Of a DNA stretch of 64,000 bases, positions 42,163 to 53,710 are shown piece after piece. The DNA is from Cyanophora paradoxa CCMP329. Taxonomy: Eukaryota; Plantae; Glaucophyta. Position 1 is the first letter of the stretch, and every line of letters starts with the position of its first letter. The translations under genes were made by a program, and so were the position numbers. The notes beneath the pieces were generated by a model. It did no database searches. It saw only the letters and a program-made list of their open reading frames with translations, and was not told the DNA's origin. The stretch is taken from assembly GCA_004431415.1 (NCBI GenBank), contig QPMI01000408.1, positions 62,001 to 126,000 of the forward strand. Direction: 5' to 3'.

Positions 42163-42921
42163 ATGGATAACACAGTAAATCTAGATGATATACCGGAGTT
42201 TCATCCGAGCAAAACAGTTCGAATCCCAACGAGAATTTTGAATGTTGGTCGCTCCAATACAGGTAAGACAATGTTCACAAAATACTTACTTTACGAGCTT
42301 CGTGACAAGATCGATCAGATCGTTATATTTAGTTCAACAGCTTTTACTGGGCAATTTAATGACATCACCCATCCCGATAACATCTATGAGGAGTGGGATG
42401 ATAACATTGTTTTGAGATTGATCAGTATGCAAAAGAAACGAATCGAGAACAATGAGAAACGCAATAATCTAGTAATTATACTTGATGATATGATAGGTTC
42501 AAATTTGGATATGCATAATTCGGCTGTTTTATCTAAATTGGTCACGAGTGGAAGACATTATTCAATCTCGGTGATATTTAATGTTCAGCGTTTATGCTCA
42601 ATTTCTACTACCATTCGTCGCAATGTGGAATTCGTTGTATTTTTTAATATTCTTGGGAACGAAAAGGAATTCAACTGCGCTTTTGATGAGTATAATGGTG
42701 GTATGGATAAGAAGACCTACAAGGAATTGCATAGACTATGGGGTTACAATTACCAAACTGTCATAGCTAGCCTGCAAGGTTATGATATCAAGACCTATAC
42801 TGATCGAGCAGTACTCACTGATGATGATATAAAGGGCTTTAAGAAGTTTGTGAAGAGAAAAGCAATTAAAAGGAGTCAGATGGCTCGGATTCAGCGAGAA
42901 ATGACCACAATTAGTGTGTGA
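42163..42921 (+). CDS. A32-like packaging ATPase (B)
   Basis: GRSNTGKT, IILDD, GRHYSIS. Confidence 0.92.
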   Translation: MDNTVNLDDIPEFHPSKTVRIPTRILNVGRSNTGKTMFTKYLLYELRDKIDQIVIFSSTAFTGQFNDITHPDNIYEEWDDNIVLRLISMQKKRIENNEKRNNLVIILDDMIGSNLDMHNSAVLSKLVTSGRHYSISVIFNVQRLCSISTTIRRNVEFVVFFNILGNEKEFNCAFDEYNGGMDKKTYKELHRLWGYNYQTVIASLQGYDIKTYTDRAVLTDDDIKGFKKFVKRKAIKRSQMARIQREMTTISV

Positions 42922-43164
42922 AAAGTCGATTTTTGAGAAATGTTGTATGGTAAGGTAGCTCAGATAAATACGGCGTCTAGTTCTTTGTGTAGAGCTTTAA
43001 TAGCGCTTCAAAACGCTATGCAAAACGTTGCGAGTTGACCATCTGGTGGTGAGATACAAGCGTTTGAAGATGCCGATAATCGATTTACCGAAACTTCGGT
43101 GAAACGTGAGCGAAACTTGAACCTTGTGAGATCATATACCCTACTATGGTTTATTCCCCGGGTT

Positions 43165-43392
43165 TTCATGGCGCATTTAATGGCTCATTTTATGGCGCAT
43201 TTTATGGCGCATTTTATGGCGCATTTAATGGCGCATTTTATGAAAATTCACTACTCTGTGGCATGGGCCAACGGGAATCGAGCAAAAACAATAATTTATT
43301 TAAAACTTTTATATCACATTATATCTCACATAGAATCTCACATATAATATCACATTTTATCTCACATTTAATATCACATTTTATCTCACATC
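43165..43392. repeat. Two 12-bp tandem arrays, (ATGGCGCATTTW)n and (ATMTCACATWWW)n
   Basis: About 5 and 7 copies, directly visible. Confidence 0.85.
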
Positions 43393-43639
43393 GAAACCTG
43401 GGGAGAAGTTGAAGGGGGATACATTGAAAGTCAGTGAGCCAATCAAATTGCGTCACACATATATATACATATACATCATGACAATATACACATCGCCGTG
43501 ATCGTCATGATCTCCCGAGTCACGTGGTGTGTCATATATATATCATCATGACGTCATATATATATCTCACATATACACAAATTGATATGTTGTAGGTATG
43601 ACCAGAAATCGATTATCTATCATATATATCATATATACT

Positions 43640-43989
43640 GGACCTTCTCATTTACCCAGCTACTATAGCTAGGAAACTCCGACCCGTCACGGAGTCGCTA
43701 GCTACCTATTGTTAAGTCCAGCTAAACCGTTCGCAACTCAGCAATTTCGGCGATCCCGGATCTATTCCGCCCGAGGCAAATTCGATCTAAGGCCCGCCGA
43801 GTGTTGAGAACCCGGATTCTGAAGTTTCACAGGGGTGCTCTATCTTATATGCATGTATATAAAGGCGTAGGAACATGCGCGGAGTCTGTGCGCGCCCTGG
43901 GCGATGGGCCCCGGCCCGGCGACCCGGGCGATCTAGCGGGGGAGCTTAATTTGGTGGTCGCGTCCACCCTAATTTGGGGGCTAGCCGCC
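43640..43989 (+). repeat. 350-bp direct repeat, copy 1
   Basis: Near-identical to 46063-46411. Confidence 0.95.
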
Positions 43990-45289
43990 ACGGATTTCGG
44001 TATAATTCGGCGAAATTACGCTTAAAAGCGTCGAAATAAAGCTTAAAAACGTTAATTTTGGCCATAATAAGTAATTATTCGACTCGAAATTAAGAATTGA
44101 CCCAAGATTTTAACCGCGGATTGCCCCCCCCTGCGGGCAACAGCCTGCAGTTCCCGGCCGCCAGGGTTGGGCTTGTATGACTGTTGGCCACACCGAAATT
44201 TCCATCGGGCGCTTGATTGCCGCCCAGCAGGCATCTAATCTATCACGAATTCACTGTTTCTAATGTCGGGAAACGTCTTCCTGTGTGCCAGCAAGCGGAT
44301 CAAATTGCTGCTGCCTGCGTGCAGGTGCATCGCTTGCCGGCGCATCCGCGCGCCGCGCTGCTCTGCGTGGCGGCGCCGCGGCCGGCGGCATGCTGTCCAA
44401 TGCTCTCGAGCGTCGCAGCAGACCCGAGAGACTCCAAAATCCGCTCGCGCCAGCCCAAAACCGGGTCCCCAGCGACACTGGCCCCCTCGCACCCCGTCCA
44501 ATCAGCCAAAAAAGCCCGAGCGCAACACCCATAGAAAGACACACCTTGGGGCTCGTGCATCATCAAAGCAGGGCCACTGCGCGCACGCGCGCTGCTGCGC
44601 TTCGAATCCTGAAGTTAGAAGAGCATTGATATGGAAAGATGATATGAGAACGAGCTTATGTAATTTGAAGCCTAAATTGGCATGGGGCGTGCGAGAGCAG
44701 TTATACTAGATTGTGGCGCCGGCTGGCCAGCGCTCGGAAATGCAGGGGCCGGGGGCAGGGCCCGCAGGGGGGCGTGCGCATGCGCACCTGGGCGTTGAAG
44801 TTGGCGAAGGCCGGCTTGGCGGTGTCCGACTTATCGACCAGAACGAGCTCTGGGGCGCGCACGCTCCTTCATTTCTCCCTCTACCCCTTCGGAGGGTGGG
44901 GGTACACGGACCGACGACGAGGCCCGTGTTGAGCTTCCGCGAGAAGCCCCTGCGGAGGATTTTACCAGAAGGAGAGAACTCTACAGCGGGTACAACGTGC
45001 ACAAATTACCGTACCCCTCCGCGTCGTACCCCTCCAGCGGGGCGTCGTTGTGCTCGCACGCTGCGACCTCGTCCTCTCCTTGTCCTTGTGCTCGCACGCT
45101 GCGCCGCCGCCACCTGCGCGCTGCCCAGCTCAGCTCAGAAGCTCAGATCGGATCAGCTCAGATCAGATCTGACGGGTGGCGCGCCTGGGCGACGAGATCG
45201 CCGGCGAAGAGCAGCTGGCCCGCCCGCTCGCCCGCCCGCACGAGGTACGTCTGCAGCTCGCCGGCCCCTGCGCCCGCGTCAGCGCCGGC

Positions 45290-45480
45290 GGGGCGGGGCC
45301 GGGCGGGGCAGGCAGGGGCGGGGCGGGCGGGGCAGGCAGGGGCGGGCGGGGCGGGGCGGCGGGCGGGCCGGAGCGGGGCGGGCCGGAGCGGGGCCGGGCT
45401 GGACGGGGAGGGGCGGGGCGGGGGGCGAGGCGAGGGGGGCCGGGCAGGGCGGGGCGGGGCGGGGCGGGCGGGGCGGGGCG
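45290..45480 (+). repeat. GGGGC-type G-rich microsatellite
   Basis: Repeated G3-4C units; a poly-G run follows near 45755-45775. Confidence 0.85.
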
Positions 45481-46062
45481 GACCGAAGCCGTTGTGGGGG
45501 CGGAGGGCGACGCCGGCGCGCTCGAAGGCGATGCCGCGGACGTCCAGGGCGGCCTCGACGGCGAGCCGCGCCGCGTCCCGCAGTGCCGCCGAGCACGAAA
45601 TAATCGGGCGCCCCAGGGGCGTCGGCGCTGGGCGTCGGCGCCGCTCGGCGCCGGTATTCCGCCCGCGAGGCCTGCTGCGGGGTGCAGGATCAATCAGGAT
45701 TATTCGACTAGGTAACGGGGGCGGGGATGCGGCGGGGTTGGTGGGAAGGAAGAGGGGGGGGGGGGGGGGGGGGGAAGGCGAGGAGCGCGGCGGGGGGCTT
45801 GAGGATGGGCAAGGGGCGCGGCGAACCGGTGGGGCCCGCGGGGGGCATCAGAGCCGGGGCGCGGGGGGCCGCGGAGGGAGCAGGGCGCGGGGAGCGCACG
45901 CATCGGGGGACGGCGTGCGGGCGTGGAGCGCGCGCACGGGGACAAGGGGCGCGGGGGGACGGGCGCTGCGGAACTGGAACTGCAGCTGCAGTGGCCGCCG
46001 CGAGCCTGCGCGCAAGTCCTGCGGTTAGTCGTTGGATTTCAATGATTTATGTATGGAAAATA

Positions 46063-46411
46063 GGACCTTCTCATTTACCCAGCTACTATAGCTAGGAAAC
46101 TCCGACCCGTCACGGAGTCGCTAGCTACCTATTGTTAAGTCCAGCTAAACCGTTCGCAACTCAGCAATTTCGGCGATCCCGGATCTATTCCGCCCGAGGC
46201 AAATTCGATCTAAGGCCCGCCGAGTGTTGAGAACCCGGATTCTGAAGTTTCACAGGGGTGCTCTATCTTATATGCATGTATATAAAGGCGTAGGAACATG
46301 CGCGGAGTCTGTGCGCGCCCTGGGCGATGGGCCCCGGCCCGGCGACCCGGGCGATCTAGCGGGGAGCTTAATTTGGTGGTCGCGTCCACCCTAATTTGGG
46401 GGCTAGCCGCC
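46063..46411 (+). repeat. 350-bp direct repeat, copy 2
   Basis: Near-identical to 43640-43989. Confidence 0.95.
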
Positions 46412-47740
46412 CGCTAGTTCACGCTAGTGATACAATCAGATCAGCGTTCGCGCACCCTTGGGAAACGACAGAGGACGGACATGCTTCGGCGGCATCTGTG
46501 CAAAATTAAGCAGCAGAATAGGGTCACAAAGCATCCGAGCACACTGCGGCACGTGTGAGAGGAGCTATGGCCGATGCCGCGGGTCAATCAAGCGTGCTCC
46601 GGAATACTTGGCGGCGGGTGGTTCTCCGAAGCAGGAGAGCCACTACGAGCGTTCTATCTCTCTGGCTCACGGTAACTGGCTCGCGGCACCAGTCCTGGCT
46701 CGCAGGACATGAGGGCGGCGCATCGGCCCGCGGCGCATCGGTGCCTGCGCATTCGGGTGTTCAGGAGATGCGAGCTCGAGGGCGACGCCAGCCTTGATGG
46801 TGCAACGGACCGCCAACGCTTCCGCGGTACGTCGGTCGCTTCGGTCGCTGCTCCAGTCGGTCGCGGACTGCTGTTCATCTGCTCTGGTCGCTGTCGCTGG
46901 TGCTCCACGGCGGTGGCTTCGCGCTGTGCCCGCGAAGCGCTCGCGAACGGGGGTACACATTTGATGTGACGACAAGTACCCCCCCACTATTCAACGACTC
47001 TCAAAGCCGGCTCCCTCAGGGGCTGTTATGCTGCTGCTCAGCTCTATGTGACCGACCCTGCACCACAGCGATTGCTCGCGGTCGCTCGCGGTCGCTCGCA
47101 GCTCGCGCGTCGGCGTTCGCTCGCGGTCGCTCGCAGCTCGCAGCTGATCATGAGAGGCGGCGTATTGACGACTTCGGCTGCGGCTACAGCGTGCGTCAGC
47201 TCAAAGCTCTGCCGGCTTATCGAGCCATTGCGCGCCCCGCGGCCGCGCGAGACTATCTAGATCTCGTACGCTCGGAGCTCGTGGTGCGCGAGCCTCTCTA
47301 GATCTAGCTATAGATCTCGCGCGGTGCGCGGGCCTCTCTCGTACGCTCGCGGTGCGCCGTCGCACCGGGTGCGCCGTACGCGTCGCCTCGGGTGCGCGTT
47401 GCAAGCTCAGGTACCGGTTAGTCTCGACGGCCCGCGCCGCGGCGAGCACGCACCTAACTTTCGGTACAAGAACAGGTTAACACAGCTAACACGAACGGGC
47501 CGGGCGCTCCATTCTCTCACTCCCATCTCGGTTCATGATCATGATCATGCAAATGGCGTGTTCCCTCGCTCGCGGAGGCGCTCGCTGGGGCGTTCGGGCT
47601 CTTTATTTTGTATGTTGTACATATACATGGAAGGATAACTAAAGCGCCTTCGCCGCCGTGCACGTGGCGCCAAGCCGCCACGCCCGGGCACGTGCACGGC
47701 GGCGTCGCAAGGAGGACTGACCGGCGCTTCGTTGAGGTCT

Positions 47741-49040
47741 AGAAGTCAGCGACACAAGGCCGGGGCGGGCGGCGATCGTGATCGAGACGGGGCGCGCACC
47801 GCGCGAGGCCGAGGCGGGGTGGAGGAGCTTGGGCGGGGCGTTCGGCGCAAGGGGACCCGCAGAGAGCCCGCGACGCTGCGCAGAGAAGTCAGCGACACGA
47901 GGCCGGGGCGGGGCCCGGGGGGCGGGCTTCGAGACGGGGCGCGCACCGCGCGAGGCCGAGGCGGGGTGGAGGAGCTTGGGCGGGGCGTTCGGCGCAAGGG
48001 GACCCGCAGAGAGCCCGCGCGCGACGCTGCGCAGAGAACTCAGCGACACGAGGCCGGGGCGGGGCCCGGGGGCGGGATCCAAGGCGGGGCGCGCACTGCG
48101 CGAGGCCGAGGCGGGGCGGGAGGAGCTTGGGCGGGGCGTTCGGCGCAAGGGGACCCGCAGAGAGCCCGCGACGCTGCGCAGAGAAGTCAGCGACACAAGG
48201 CCGGGGCGGGGCCCGGGGGGCGGGCTTCGAGGCGGGGCGTGCACCGCGCGAGGCCGAGGCGGGGCGGGAGGAGCTTGCGCGGGGCGCTCCGCTCACGGGG
48301 ACCCGCAGAGAGCTCGCGACGCTGCGCAGAGAAGTCAGCGACACAAGGCCGGGGCGGGGCCCGGGGGCGGGCTTCGAGGCGGGGCGCGCACCGCGCGAGG
48401 CCGAGGCGGGGTGGAGGAGCTTGGGCGGGGCGTTCGGCGCAAGGGGACCCGCAGAGAGCCCGCGACGCTGCGCAGAGAAGTCAGCGACACGAGGCCGGGG
48501 CGGGGCCCGGGGGCGGGATCCAAGGCGGGGCGCGCACTGCGCGAGGCCGAGGCGGGGCGGGAGGAGCTTGGGCGGGGCGTTCGGCGCAAGGGGACCCGCA
48601 GAGAGCCCGCGACGCTGCGCAGAGAAGTCAGCGACACGAGGCCGGGGCGGGGCCCGGGGGGCGGGCTTCGAGGCGGGGCGTGCACCGCGCGAGGCCGAGG
48701 CGGGGTGGAGGAGCTTGGGCGGGGCGTTCGGCGCAAGGGGACCCGCAGAGAGCCCGCGCGCGACGCTGCGCAGAGAACTCAGCGACACGAGGCCGGGGCG
48801 GGGCCCGGGGGCGGGATCCAAGGCGGGGCGCGCACTGCGCGAGGCCGAGGCGGGGCGGGAGGAGCTTGGGCGGGGCGTTCGGCGCAAGGGGACCCGCAGA
48901 GAGCCCGCGACGCTGCGCAGAGAAGTCAGCGACACAAGGCCGGGGCGGGGCCCGGGGGGCGGGCTTCGAGGCGAGGCGGGGCCCGGGGGGCGGGCTTCGA
49001 GGCGGGCTTCGAGGCGGGGCCCGGGGGGCGGGCTTCGAGG
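47741..49040. repeat. GC-rich ~147-bp minisatellite, ~8.5 copies
   Basis: AGAA(G/C)TCAGCGACAC recurs at 47741, 47884, 48035, 48182, 48330, 48476, 48623, 48774 and 48921. Confidence 0.93.
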
Positions 49041-50291
49041 CGTGGCCTGCGTGCGGCAAAGGGGCGTACACGCACCGCGGTATACGCAGAAGCTCCGCCG
49101 CGCCCGGCGGCCGCAGCTTCAGGCTCGCCTTGCAAGCGCCAGGCGAGGACAGCCACGGGCTGTGCAAGGCCGTCAGCGAGGCGGTGCGCCGGGGCAGCGC
49201 AAGGAGGCAGACTCTGAGAGCGATGGGGCATGGAAGGGACGCGCACGCATTGCGGGACAGGTGCCGCCGTGCCGCTGTTTGAGGCTCGCGAGGGCCGAGC
49301 GCACGGGCCGGTGTGGCGGGCACCGGTTGTTCAGGGTCCAGCGGGGTCACCAGCACACGCATAGCTAGCTAAAAGCAACGTTCGATCCATTCTGCACTTC
49401 GCCAGACCTCGGACTGCGACGGCGAGCCAGACGAATGAGGTCAACATCGAGCGGATGAGGCGGCGGGCGGTGAGCAGGCAGTCTGCCAGCACGAGAGCAC
49501 CTGCAGCACGTGTACCAGCACGAAAGCACCGTTCTGGCCTGAAAGTGCCGTCGCATCGGGGCATCTGCATGCTCGTACGGCATCCGCCCGGGCTGTGGCT
49601 GAGGTTCGGCAACCTTCTACTGAGCTCTCTGAAAGGAACCGACGCTGAATCTTGCGGACCCGCGAACTCCGGGGAGTCGTTGGCGTAGTAGCCGTTGCTG
49701 GCCGACGACGGCGAGCTGACAGACCACATTCGGGCCGCAGGCGTGCACCGTGGCACTAGAAGAACTGCAGCCGCCTGTTGGCGGCCTGCTGGCGCGCGGC
49801 AGCTACGTTCAGGCCGCAGGAGGATTGGTACCCTCCCGTCGTTCGTGGGGGGGTAAAGTTACCTGTACCCTTCCTTCGTTCGCAGACGAAAACTCGTCTG
49901 TGCGATTGACTCGCGAACCGTTAGCCAAGCGCTAGCTCGACCCCCTGACCCGTTAGCTGGACTCCAATTGACAGCAATCATTCTTACATTTTTCCTGCCA
50001 GCGAAGGCCACAGAGGTTTCTAGCGACGCCAGTTTATGAGTGCGTCGGGTTTTTTAGCTGCGTCCGCGAGTTTTTTTGGCTAGCTACGGTACAGCCGTAG
50101 GTAAATGAGACGCCTCATTATATTGCAATATTGACGTATTTAGGATTAAAAAGCAATTAAAATTCTATTGTTTTTATTGTCGTTTCTATCGTTGTTTCTA
50201 GTGTAGAAAATACAGTAAAAAACCGTTCAAAAAATACAGTAAAAAATGAGAGGTTTTTCGAACGAGGTTTAAACTGAAATCACTTTGTAAA

Positions 50292-50696
50292 TCATGGGAG
50301 ACACGGCGGATAAAAAGGATATAACTTCGATTAAATATAATTAATCGAGATTATGATATAACTTCGATAAATAAGATTTAAGATATAACTTCGATTAATT
50401 CGATTTTTGTTACTGAGGCTTACTGAGATTACTGTTGAATACGAATAGGGTTACTGGGAATGGTTTGTTTTTCTTGGGAATTGTTTTGGAGACACGGCGC
50501 ATAAAAAAGATATAACTTCGATAAGATATAATTAATCGAGATTATGATATAACTTCGATTAATTCAATTTTGGTTACTGAGGCTTACTGAGATTTACTGA
50601 TATTCAAGATTGGGTTACTGGGAATGGTTTGTTTTCTGATTTGTTTTTGATTTTTTTCGCGGGTATTTTTTTGGAGACACGGCGCAGTGCTGAGCT
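50292..50696 (-). repeat. B right TIR
   Basis: Inverted copy of 32724-33128. Confidence 0.93.
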
Positions 50697-50861
50697 AGCA
50701 GCAGTCTGTGCGAATCCGTATGAGTTGCCTCGCGGACGGATCGTCTCAAGGAAAGGCTTAAACTTTGGGCTAACACCGACAGTTAGACCTGGCGATAGAT
50801 AAAGCTCGTTCGATCCTTTGGTTGTTAGGAGCTCTTTCAGAGTAGTTCCTGCTTGCGCCAT
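50697..50861 (-). pseudogene. A2 major capsid gene, 5' part
   Basis: MAQAGTTLKELL...FAQTAA, then the B TIR. Confidence 0.93.
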
Positions 50862-50905
50862 TTGATATTATATTACAGAATATTTTCACGTATATTGTTG
50901 TAAAG

Positions 50906-51781
50906 ATGAAACTCCGCGTAAATGTTGATTCTAGAGATCGGTTCGAAGGCACGTCCTCGAATTTCAAAATTAATCTGCCTCGGGCGTTAGCAAACGTGAA
51001 GTCGGCTAGAATTGAATCGCTAGAACTTTTTCACAATATGTATAATCTAGCTGCTGATGCTTCAATAACAACCATTACGCTCGATCCTAGCAATGTAATT
51101 AAAACCAGAACGAACCTATTTCGAGCTGGATCATATACTCCAACATCTCTTACGAATTATATGAACGTTCTTTTGAAAACACAACAATACAGTTATTTGG
51201 GGAGTACTTACCAACGCAAGTTCTTAACGGTTTTTGATGATGTTTCAATGAAAATCACAATCTTGTGTGAATCGGAGTTTACTCTGACGTTTTCCACTCT
51301 TGAACTCGCAAATCTGCTCGGCTTCACAAAGGCTGTTACAGATTCCGCAGAACAGCTGGATACTCCAATCACAGTTGATGCTGTTGATTATGCGTTTGCT
51401 ATCGTTGGCGATATACCTGTTGATCTTCTTTATCATACTTATCTCTTCCTACATATCGATCAGATTCGTGGTTCGATTCACACAATAAATAACTGGACAA
51501 ACACATCGTTGGCAAAGATTCATATCGATGCGAAATTTGGAGAGCTTATCAAATATACATCTGATGAACGTGTTCCTGTTTCCGTCGATCATAATTCTGA
51601 GTTAGAACAACTTGATGTGTCAATACGTTATTTTAATGGATTTACTGCAGCTATTAACACTGAATTCTCATTCGTTATCGAGTTCGAAATTGAAGATTCT
51701 TCATACACAAAGGCATCACTTCGCTCGTCAATCAGAAACACAGATAGTGAGTTTCATCCGTTTGATCGCAGTTTTGCTTAA
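50906..51781 (+). CDS. Putative minor capsid protein (A2)
   Basis: Near-identical to 3678-4553. Confidence 0.75.
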   Translation: MKLRVNVDSRDRFEGTSSNFKINLPRALANVKSARIESLELFHNMYNLAADASITTITLDPSNVIKTRTNLFRAGSYTPTSLTNYMNVLLKTQQYSYLGSTYQRKFLTVFDDVSMKITILCESEFTLTFSTLELANLLGFTKAVTDSAEQLDTPITVDAVDYAFAIVGDIPVDLLYHTYLFLHIDQIRGSIHTINNWTNTSLAKIHIDAKFGELIKYTSDERVPVSVDHNSELEQLDVSIRYFNGFTAAINTEFSFVIEFEIEDSSYTKASLRSSIRNTDSEFHPFDRSFA

Positions 51782-51851
51782 ATTCACTTTCGCGAATGCG
51801 CAGCCGAGGCAGCTTGTCTGTCGACTTTTTTCTGTTCCTTATTTAAAACAA

Positions 51852-52484
51852 ATGGTGCGTAGCACAAGTGGCTACTTGCCTTCGGCTTCTAGAAAACTTA
51901 CAAACTCACCCAATAAAAAGAATAATATTGAATTTTTGAGCGGTGATACTGAATCCTATCCTTTAGTTCGTCGGACTGCTGGTGGTGAGGGTGCGTCTAT
52001 CGATTTTGCTCTTACTGCCGACGAAAACGCTATTCTAGATAATATCCCAAATTCGCGGACAAAGAAAAGCAAAACTAGTAAACTGAAGGATACTGACGAT
52101 GGTCCGCTGTATGTATCAGAGACTGGTAATCGTAGCAGATATTTCATTAAAACAGTGACTGGGTTGAAAACAATTTCAAAGAAGCGTGCTGGTGATCTTA
52201 TTGCTGGTATAGCGGTTGAGACTAAAATGGAAAACAAGATTTTAAACGAACCGATTGCTAAGACCAAAATTGATAAAAAGCTTTCTCCTCCATCATCTGC
52301 TGTTCCTGCTAAGACGATCGTCGCAATCCCCGAGGTGGATGAGAATGCTAGCGAATTACCTGTAGCAAACACATCGATCTTGCGCATCGCCTCTAGCAGC
52401 GCTGATCCTGTCGGGCCGTCGATCGAATACAAACCAATGTTAAGTGGTTTCACTAAACTTGGACTACGTCATCGGTGGGAATAA
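51852..52484 (+). CDS. Candidate core protein (A2)
   Basis: Same protein as 2975-3607. Confidence 0.7.
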   Translation: MVRSTSGYLPSASRKLTNSPNKKNNIEFLSGDTESYPLVRRTAGGEGASIDFALTADENAILDNIPNSRTKKSKTSKLKDTDDGPLYVSETGNRSRYFIKTVTGLKTISKKRAGDLIAGIAVETKMENKILNEPIAKTKIDKKLSPPSSAVPAKTIVAIPEVDENASELPVANTSILRIASSSADPVGPSIEYKPMLSGFTKLGLRHRWE

Positions 52485-52880
52485 TTAGCGTCTAGCTAGA
52501 ACCTGAACTCGAGTATGTAATTAGATTCCGATGATATAGTAATTACGTGTAGCATAACCCTTGAAACCTCTTTGTTTTTTAGATTCGAAATACACACAAT
52601 TAACGTCTAGATGATGTTGAAGATTATTCCGAGACCGGCGCTTTGGGGGTCCGCCTCAAATCATTGCTATATCTTTTGCAAGATCGATCGGTCTAGACGT
52701 TGGATATTACCTAGCGGTTGCTTGATGGTTGGTTTGGATAGGTTGTGGGGTAGACGTAACGAAGGATTGGAAGAGTGTGTTGGTTGGAAGGCGTTGGAGT
52801 GTGTGGGTTGGGGTGGTTTGGAGGAGTGAGGGTGGTGAAGAGGTGCGGGCCACAGAATCAGGTCCTCTCTCATTTTTTTT
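52453..52880 (-). repeat. A2 right TIR
   Basis: Direct repeat of 63486-63912; ends GGTCCTCTCTCA-T8. Confidence 0.9.
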
Positions 52881-53710
52881 AAAAAAATGAGATAGTGGGG
52901 GTTCCAGCCCACCCACCTCTTTCTCACCCTCACTCCTCCAAACCACCCCAACCCACACACTCCAACGCCTTCCAACACACATTCTCTTCCATCCCTTCGT
53001 TACGTCTACCACCACAACCTCTCCAAACCAACCATCCAGCAACCGCTAGGTAGTATCTAACGTCTAGTCCGATCGATTTTGCAAAAGATATAGCAGTGAT
53101 TTTAGGCGGACCCCCAAAGCGCCGGTCTCAGAATAATCTTCAGATACAGCTAGACGTTAATTTTGTGTACTTTGAATCTAACAGAGAAAACATGTTTAGC
53201 TCAATTCTAGACGATATTAATGAGTACAATGAAGCTAACAGAGGAAACACGTTTAGCTCAATTCTAGACGTTAATTGTGTGTATTTCGAAATGAGATAGT
53301 GGGGGTGCCAGCCCACCCCCCTCTTTCTCACCCTCACTCCTCCAAACCACCCCAACCCACACACTCCAACGCCTTCCAACCAACACACTCTTCCAATCCT
53401 TCGTTACGTCTACCCCACAACCTATCCAAACCAACCATCAAGCAACCGCTAGGTAATATCCAACGTCTAGACCGATCGATCTTGCAAAAGATATAGCAAT
53501 GATTTGAGGCGGACCCCCAAAGCGCCGGTCTCGGAATAATCTTCAACATCATCTAGACGTTAATTGTGTGTATTTCGAATCTAAAAAACAAAGAGGTTTC
53601 AAGGGTTATGCTACACGTAATTACTATATCATCGGAATCTAATTACATACTCGAGTTCAGGTTCTAGCTAGACGCTAATTATTCCCACCGATGACGTAGT
53701 CCAAGTTTAG
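52881..53710 (+). repeat. A3 left terminus with a duplicated TIR unit
   Basis: Direct repeat of 24152-24993 except for a variant patch in unit 2. Confidence 0.88.

Larger units (their letters stand above)
43640..50116. mobile_element. GC-rich, apparently non-coding insert in B (probable non-autonomous transposon)
   Basis: Sharp GC shift; short imperfect inverted ends sharing TCTCATTTACC; no TSD or transposase found. Confidence 0.5.
32724..50696. mobile_element. Polinton-like virus B (Tlr1/transpoviron-type Pol-helicase replicon plus capsid module)
   Basis: AGCT...AGCT termini, ~405-bp TIRs, 5-bp TSD AGCAG (32719-32723, 50697-50701). Confidence 0.92.
24152..52880. mobile_element. Polinton-like virus A2 (core inverted, divergent pPolB, contains B)
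   Basis: A7-TGAGA left end, TCTCA-T8 right end; virion genes nearly identical to A1. Confidence 0.9.

Noticed and set aside
44711-46095. Gly/Arg/Pro-rich ORFs
   Set aside because: They are low-complexity translations of G-rich repeats.
43640-46411. Miniature LTR element (TRIM) bounded by the 350-bp repeats
   Set aside because: No TG...CA ends, PBS, PPT or TSD were seen.
47741-49040. CRISPR-like array (also considered for the TIR sub-repeats)
   Set aside because: No unique spacers, no cas genes, and a eukaryotic context.
47732-49368. Long ORFs (up to 516 aa) on both strands
   Set aside because: They are stop-free readings of a GC-rich minisatellite.
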